NCBI GenBank assembly: GCA_963767005.1
Contig: CAVYCN010000003.1
Coordinates: 320,001 to 384,000 of the forward strand
Origin: an uncultured Actinomycetes bacterium
GTDB lineage: Bacteria; Actinomycetota; Thermoleophilia; UBA2241
Direction: 5' to 3'
Length of the DNA: 64,000 nucleotides
Shown piece by piece: positions 60,340 to 64,000 of the stretch; position 1 is the stretch's first letter, and every line of letters starts with the position of its first letter. The notes beneath the pieces are model-generated. The model was not told the origin of the DNA. It worked only from the letters and a program-made list of their open reading frames with translations, and ran no database searches. Both the position numbers and the translations under genes were made by a program.

Positions 60340-61929
60340 CTAGTGGCAGTTCCGGCAGTATCCGACCCACTCGTCGGACTGGTGCTCCTCGTTGAACGGC
60401 CGGCGCTCGCTCAGCGACACGACCTTACCCGCCGCGACGTCTTCCTTCCCGTGCTGGTAGATGCCGAGCGGCTTGTCGGTCAGGTCGATGTTGATCTGCT
60501 TGACCTCCTGGTACTCGTCGAGGCCGAACGTGCCGAGCTCGCGGCCCACGCCGCTCTGCTTGTAGCCGCCCCACGGCGCCTCGCTGTACGTCGGGTGGTA
60601 GGTGTTGATCCAGGTGATGCCGGCGCGCAGCGCCTTGATGACCCGCATGGCACGCGTGACGTCCTTGGTCCAGACGCCGGCCGCGAGGCCGTAGATGGTG
60701 TCGTTGGCGATGCGCACGGCGTCGGCCTCGGTGTCGAACGGGATGACGACGAGGACCGGACCGAAGATCTCCTCTTGGGCGATCCTCATCGAGTTGTCGA
60801 CGTCGACGAAGATGGTGGGCTCGTAGTAGTAGCCGCTGCCCTCGAGGCGACGGCCGCCGGTGGCGAGCTTGGCGCCCTCGTCGCGGCCGATCCGCACGTA
60901 GCGCTCCGTGGTATCGAGCTGCTGCTGCGAGACGAGCGGTCCCATCTCGCTCGTCTCGTCGGTGGGCGCGCCGACCTTGATCGCCATCGCCCGCGAGACG
61001 AGCTCGCCGACGAAACGGTCGTAGATCGAACGCTGCACGAGCAGGCGCGAGCCGGCCGAGCAGACCTCGCCGCTGCCGGCGAAGATGCCCACCAGGGCGC
61101 CGTCGATGGCCGCCTCGAAGTCGGCGTCCTCGAAGACCACGTTCGGGCTCTTGCCGCCGAGCTCCAGGCCGACCTTCTTCACGTTCTCGGCGCCGGCCCG
61201 CATGATGCTCTTGCCGACCTCGACGCTGCCGGTGAAGGCCACCATGTCGACGTCGGGCGACGAGGCGAGATAGTCACCGACCGCCCCGCCCGGACCGGTC
61301 AGTACCTGGAAGACGCCCTCCGGCAGTCCTGCCTCGGTGAAGATCCGGGCCAGCTCGATCGAGGTAAGCGGCGATACCGAGGCCGGCTTCAGGATCATGA
61401 CGTTGCCGGCGGCGAGGCTCGGCGCCACCTTCCAGGCGGCCATCAGGATCGGGAAGTTCCACGGCGTGATGCCGGCGGTGACGCCGATCGGCTCGCGCAC
61501 GACCATGCTCATGCTCTCGCCCGGTACCTCGAGGGTCTGGCCGTGCTGCTCGACGGCCAAGCCGGCGTAGTAGTCGAACGTGTGGGCGGCATCGTTCACG
61601 TCGATGAGCGAGTCGCCGAGCAACTTGCCCATCTGGCGCGTCTCGAGCAGCGCGAGCTCGTCGGCGTGCTCGCGGATGCGGTCGGCGACCGCGTGGAGCA
61701 GCTCGGCGCGCTCGGTGGCGAGCGTGTGCGGCCAGGGGCCTTCGTCGAAGGCCTTGCGGGCCGCGGCTACCGCGCGCTGCGCGTCGGCAAGGCCGCCCTT
61801 CGGCACCACGGCGAACGGCCGCTCGGTAGAGGGGTCGACGACCTCGTAGGTCTCGCCGCTCTCGGCACCGGACCACTGCCCGGCGATGAACATCTGGTAG
61901 GTCTTCAGCTGCTGCTCGACCGTTGACAC
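60340..61929 (-). CDS. Aldehyde dehydrogenase (aminoaldehyde/betaine-aldehyde-like) with C-terminal CxxCH tail
   Basis: TPWNFP, FTGS, LELGGKSP, GEVCSAGSR, EEIFGPV, PWGGYKQSG; SD AGGAGG before GTG 61929. Confidence 0.93.
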   Translation of the reverse strand: MSTVEQQLKTYQMFIAGQWSGAESGETYEVVDPSTERPFAVVPKGGLADAQRAVAAARKAFDEGPWPHTLATERAELLHAVADRIREHADELALLETRQMGKLLGDSLIDVNDAAHTFDYYAGLAVEQHGQTLEVPGESMSMVVREPIGVTAGITPWNFPILMAAWKVAPSLAAGNVMILKPASVSPLTSIELARIFTEAGLPEGVFQVLTGPGGAVGDYLASSPDVDMVAFTGSVEVGKSIMRAGAENVKKVGLELGGKSPNVVFEDADFEAAIDGALVGIFAGSGEVCSAGSRLLVQRSIYDRFVGELVSRAMAIKVGAPTDETSEMGPLVSQQQLDTTERYVRIGRDEGAKLATGGRRLEGSGYYYEPTIFVDVDNSMRIAQEEIFGPVLVVIPFDTEADAVRIANDTIYGLAAGVWTKDVTRAMRVIKALRAGITWINTYHPTYSEAPWGGYKQSGVGRELGTFGLDEYQEVKQINIDLTDKPLGIYQHGKEDVAAGKVVSLSERRPFNEEHQSDEWVGYCRNCH

Positions 61930-62146
61930 GACGTCCTCCTGACGTACCCGCGCGGTAGGTGTCCCGCGCGAAAACACCCCTGTCCGCCGCGGAAAAGCAG
62001 AGACGCCGGCAACACGCGGGCTCCCACCCGCGGCTCCCTGCTGGAATACCCGCGCCACGGGGGGCGATAACCTCATAAGGACAGTGGAAAAATCGCGCGC
62101 ACGAATGCGGCGCGGCGGCGCGCTGCGAGGGGGTGACGCGGGGCCA

Positions 62147-62206
62147 GGCGCGCAACGGAGTCGCGCCAGCCCGAGCGTCAGCGACGGAGTCGAACTGGCG
62201 GCGTCA
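62147..62206. repeat. Single copy of the dispersed two-hairpin repeat
   Basis: ggcgcgcaacggagtcgcgccagcccgagcgtcagcgacggagtcgaactggcggcg. Confidence 0.7.
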
Positions 62207-62389
62207 GAAGCAGCCGAGCTGGCAGTGCACGATCTTGATGCCCAGCTCGTTGCAGGCGCGGCCCACCTCGGCGACAGGCACCTCGAGATCGTGCGCCACC
62301 TTGAAGGCAGCGGCGCACGCGAGGCGCTTTTCGTCGCCTGCCTGAGTCTTGAGGACGGCGACCAGTCGAGGGATGTTGCCGGCGACCAT
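62204..62389 (-). CDS. Small Cys-rich hypothetical protein ending in CQLGCF
   Basis: LACAAAF...VGRACNELGIKIVHCQLGCF; TACAAT 6 nt before ATG. Confidence 0.8.
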   Translation of the reverse strand: MVAGNIPRLVAVLKTQAGDEKRLACAAAFKVAHDLEVPVAEVGRACNELGIKIVHCQLGCF

Positions 62390-62446
62390 GGCCGGATTGT
62401 AGCAGAGGGCCGTGCGACTACGCCAGGATGGAGCATACGGGGCGCC

Positions 62447-62507
62447 GGCGCGCAGCGAAGCCACGCCTGCCTGAGCGTCAGCGACGTAAGTCGCCTGACG
62501 GCACTCA
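62447..62507. repeat. Single copy of the dispersed two-hairpin repeat
   Basis: ggcgcgcagcgaagccacgcctgcctgagcgtcagcgacgtaagtcgcctgacggcac. Confidence 0.78.
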
Positions 62508-62583
62508 TCCTCTGCCCCCAGACGGCCGATACCGGCTGTGCGGAGCGCCGCTCGTTGCGGCGCATGGGAGCGAGGGACACGGC

Positions 62584-63540
62584 GTGACCGACATCGACGT
62601 GAGCGACACGGCCGTCACCGCGGCGGACATCATCCAGCCCCGCGAGAGCGAAGAGGACCGTGAGGAGCGGCGTGCGCGCAAGTCGATCGTGACGCGCATC
62701 CAGGGCGACGTGATCGGCCGGATCGACGCCATGATCGACGAGCTGCAGGCGCAGCCCGTGGGCGAAGAGCCGCGGGAGTACCTCGAGGCGCTGCGCGTGC
62801 TGCTGAAGTCGCAGGTGACGACCTACCTGTCGTATGTCACGGGCCGTCGCGACGCGCTCTCGTCGACGACCTCCACCATGTACGCCGGCGAGCTCAGCCC
62901 CGCCGGGCCGGTGCCGGTGACGCTGCGCGGTCTGATCGAGGGCGGCACGCTGTCGAAGGCCCAGGCGGCGCGCCTGGCGAGCTGCGTGCTGGAGCGCCGC
63001 ACCCTGCTCATCTTCGGCGACCGCTCGACCGGCAAGTCGACGCTGCTGAACGCGCTGCTCGACCTGATGCCGGTCGACGAACGCGTCGTGGCGATCGAGC
63101 ACGGCGACCACCTCCCCGCGCTCGAGGAGCGCTCCTTCTGCACGCGTCTGACCGTCGAGGACGGCGTCGACGTCGCCGGGATCTTCGCGCGCGCCGTCAA
63201 GATGCAGCCCAGCCGCATCATCGTCGGCGAGATCCACGCCGACGAGATGCTCCACTTCTTGACCGAGCTCAGCCGGCGGCCCGAGGCCGGCGGCTTCTGC
63301 ACGGTGCGCGCCGACTCGGTCCACATGGCCGTCGCCAAGCTGCTGCGTCAGATGGAGCTCAGCGTCGCGGCGCTCGAGGCCCGGGAGCTGGTCGGGACGG
63401 TGCGCCCGGTGCTCGCCCACATGCGCAGCGACGAGCGCGGCGAACCGCGCCTGGCCGCGATCTGGGCGGTCGAAGGGCTCGATACCGATGGTGAGATCCT
63501 GCTCCACGAGGTGCCGGCCGACGAGGCGCTCGCCTCGTAG
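62584..63540 (+). CDS. CpaF/VirB11-type secretion ATPase domain protein
   Basis: Walker A GDRSTGKSTLLNALL, RVVAIEH, MQPSRIIVGEI. Confidence 0.8.
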   Translation: MTDIDVSDTAVTAADIIQPRESEEDREERRARKSIVTRIQGDVIGRIDAMIDELQAQPVGEEPREYLEALRVLLKSQVTTYLSYVTGRRDALSSTTSTMYAGELSPAGPVPVTLRGLIEGGTLSKAQAARLASCVLERRTLLIFGDRSTGKSTLLNALLDLMPVDERVVAIEHGDHLPALEERSFCTRLTVEDGVDVAGIFARAVKMQPSRIIVGEIHADEMLHFLTELSRRPEAGGFCTVRADSVHMAVAKLLRQMELSVAALEARELVGTVRPVLAHMRSDERGEPRLAAIWAVEGLDTDGEILLHEVPADEALAS

Positions 63541-63660
63541 CCCGGTCGTGCGCGCGGTGTCCGCCGCGCGCACCGCCCCGACGTCCACCCGCCGCCGCCC
63601 GAAGGTCACCGCACCACACGCGGCGGCTACTTTGCGTCTGTCCCCTGCAGGGTGCATCGT

Positions 63661-63689
63661 TTGAGCAGGACGCCGGGCACTGGTATCAT
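63661..63689 (+). promoter_or_regulatory. rpsF promoter
   Basis: TTGAGC-N17-TATCAT with extended TG. Confidence 0.65.
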
Positions 63690-63722
63690 GCCGGGGTTAC
63701 GCCGCCGAAGGGGCGGCGTTTT

Positions 63723-63773
63723 TCACCCCTGCTCCAGCAGCGAGGCTGGGGCCGCCTGAGACCACAGGAGGTG
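63723..63773 (+). ncRNA. S6:S18 (rpsF) autoregulatory leader
   Basis: cacccctg-ctccagc/gctgggg hairpin-CCG motif...caggaggtg; the 5' pyrimidine tract pairs with the SD. Confidence 0.7.
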
Positions 63774-63779
63774 AGTTCC

Positions 63780-64000
63780 ACGAATAAGTATGAGTTGATG
63801 CTCATGCTCAACCCCGCCGTCGAAGACGGCCGGCAGTCCGAGATCCTCGATCGCCTGTCCACCACCGTCCAGAAGGGCAAGGGCAAGATCGCGTCGGTCG
63901 ACGACTGGGGCAAGCGCAAGCTGGCCTACGAGATCTCCGGTCAGACCGAAGGCCTCTACAGCGTCGTCACATTCTCGGCCGCGCCGGAGACGCTCGCCGA
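63780..64000 (+). CDS. rpsF: 30S ribosomal protein S6, 5' part; runs off the window edge (start ACG 63780 or GTG 63771)
   Basis: NKYELMLMLNP...DDWGKRKLAYEI...EGLY. Confidence 0.95.

Noticed and set aside
62043-62058. Sigma54 promoter upstream of the ALDH pair (TGGCGCG-N4-TTCC, minus strand)
   Set aside because: It lacks the conserved -12 GC and no enhancer-binding protein is in the window
60340-63657. 1105-aa ORF as a giant ALDH fusion
   Set aside because: The N-terminal half is the antisense frame of the ATPase plus intergenic DNA; a strong SD marks the real start at 61929

Overview
A very GC-rich bacterial chromosomal segment. Gene content and order suggest an anaerobic Actinomycetota lineage, possibly Thermoleophilia-like (inference). 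A conserved housekeeping backbone runs mostly on the minus strand: rplM-rpsI-glmM-[glmS ribozyme]-glmS-acpS-nnr-CBS-alr-CCA-mutM, then udg-tsaE-tsaB-rimI-tsaD, then groES-groEL with a CIRCE site. The window also holds a ccmEFABCD-hemACD operon with a CxxxY-type CcmE, moaA-moaC-MOSC-mog, panG-like/panC and the start of rpsF with its S6:S18 leader. Four observations stand out. (1) Two paralogous TetR + putrescine-transcarbamylase-like modules carry a Trp-Trp-Trp loop and lack the amine-binding Asp; they are linked to agmatine deiminase, an Opp-family ABC importer, an AguD-like antiporter and a methyl-THF:corrinoid methyltransferase, and may form an undescribed catabolic system for methylated agmatine/polyamine-like substrates. 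(2) A pan operon has no panB but includes an HPS-RraA aldolase fusion. (3) A ~55-60 bp two-hairpin repeat family has six copies; they often abut stop codons and two bracket a small Cys-rich gene. (4) Two genes appear to use non-canonical start codons (ATA, ACG), and several are probably leaderless. No CRISPR array, tRNA, rRNA or transposase was recognised. All family calls come from motif recognition; no database searches were run.
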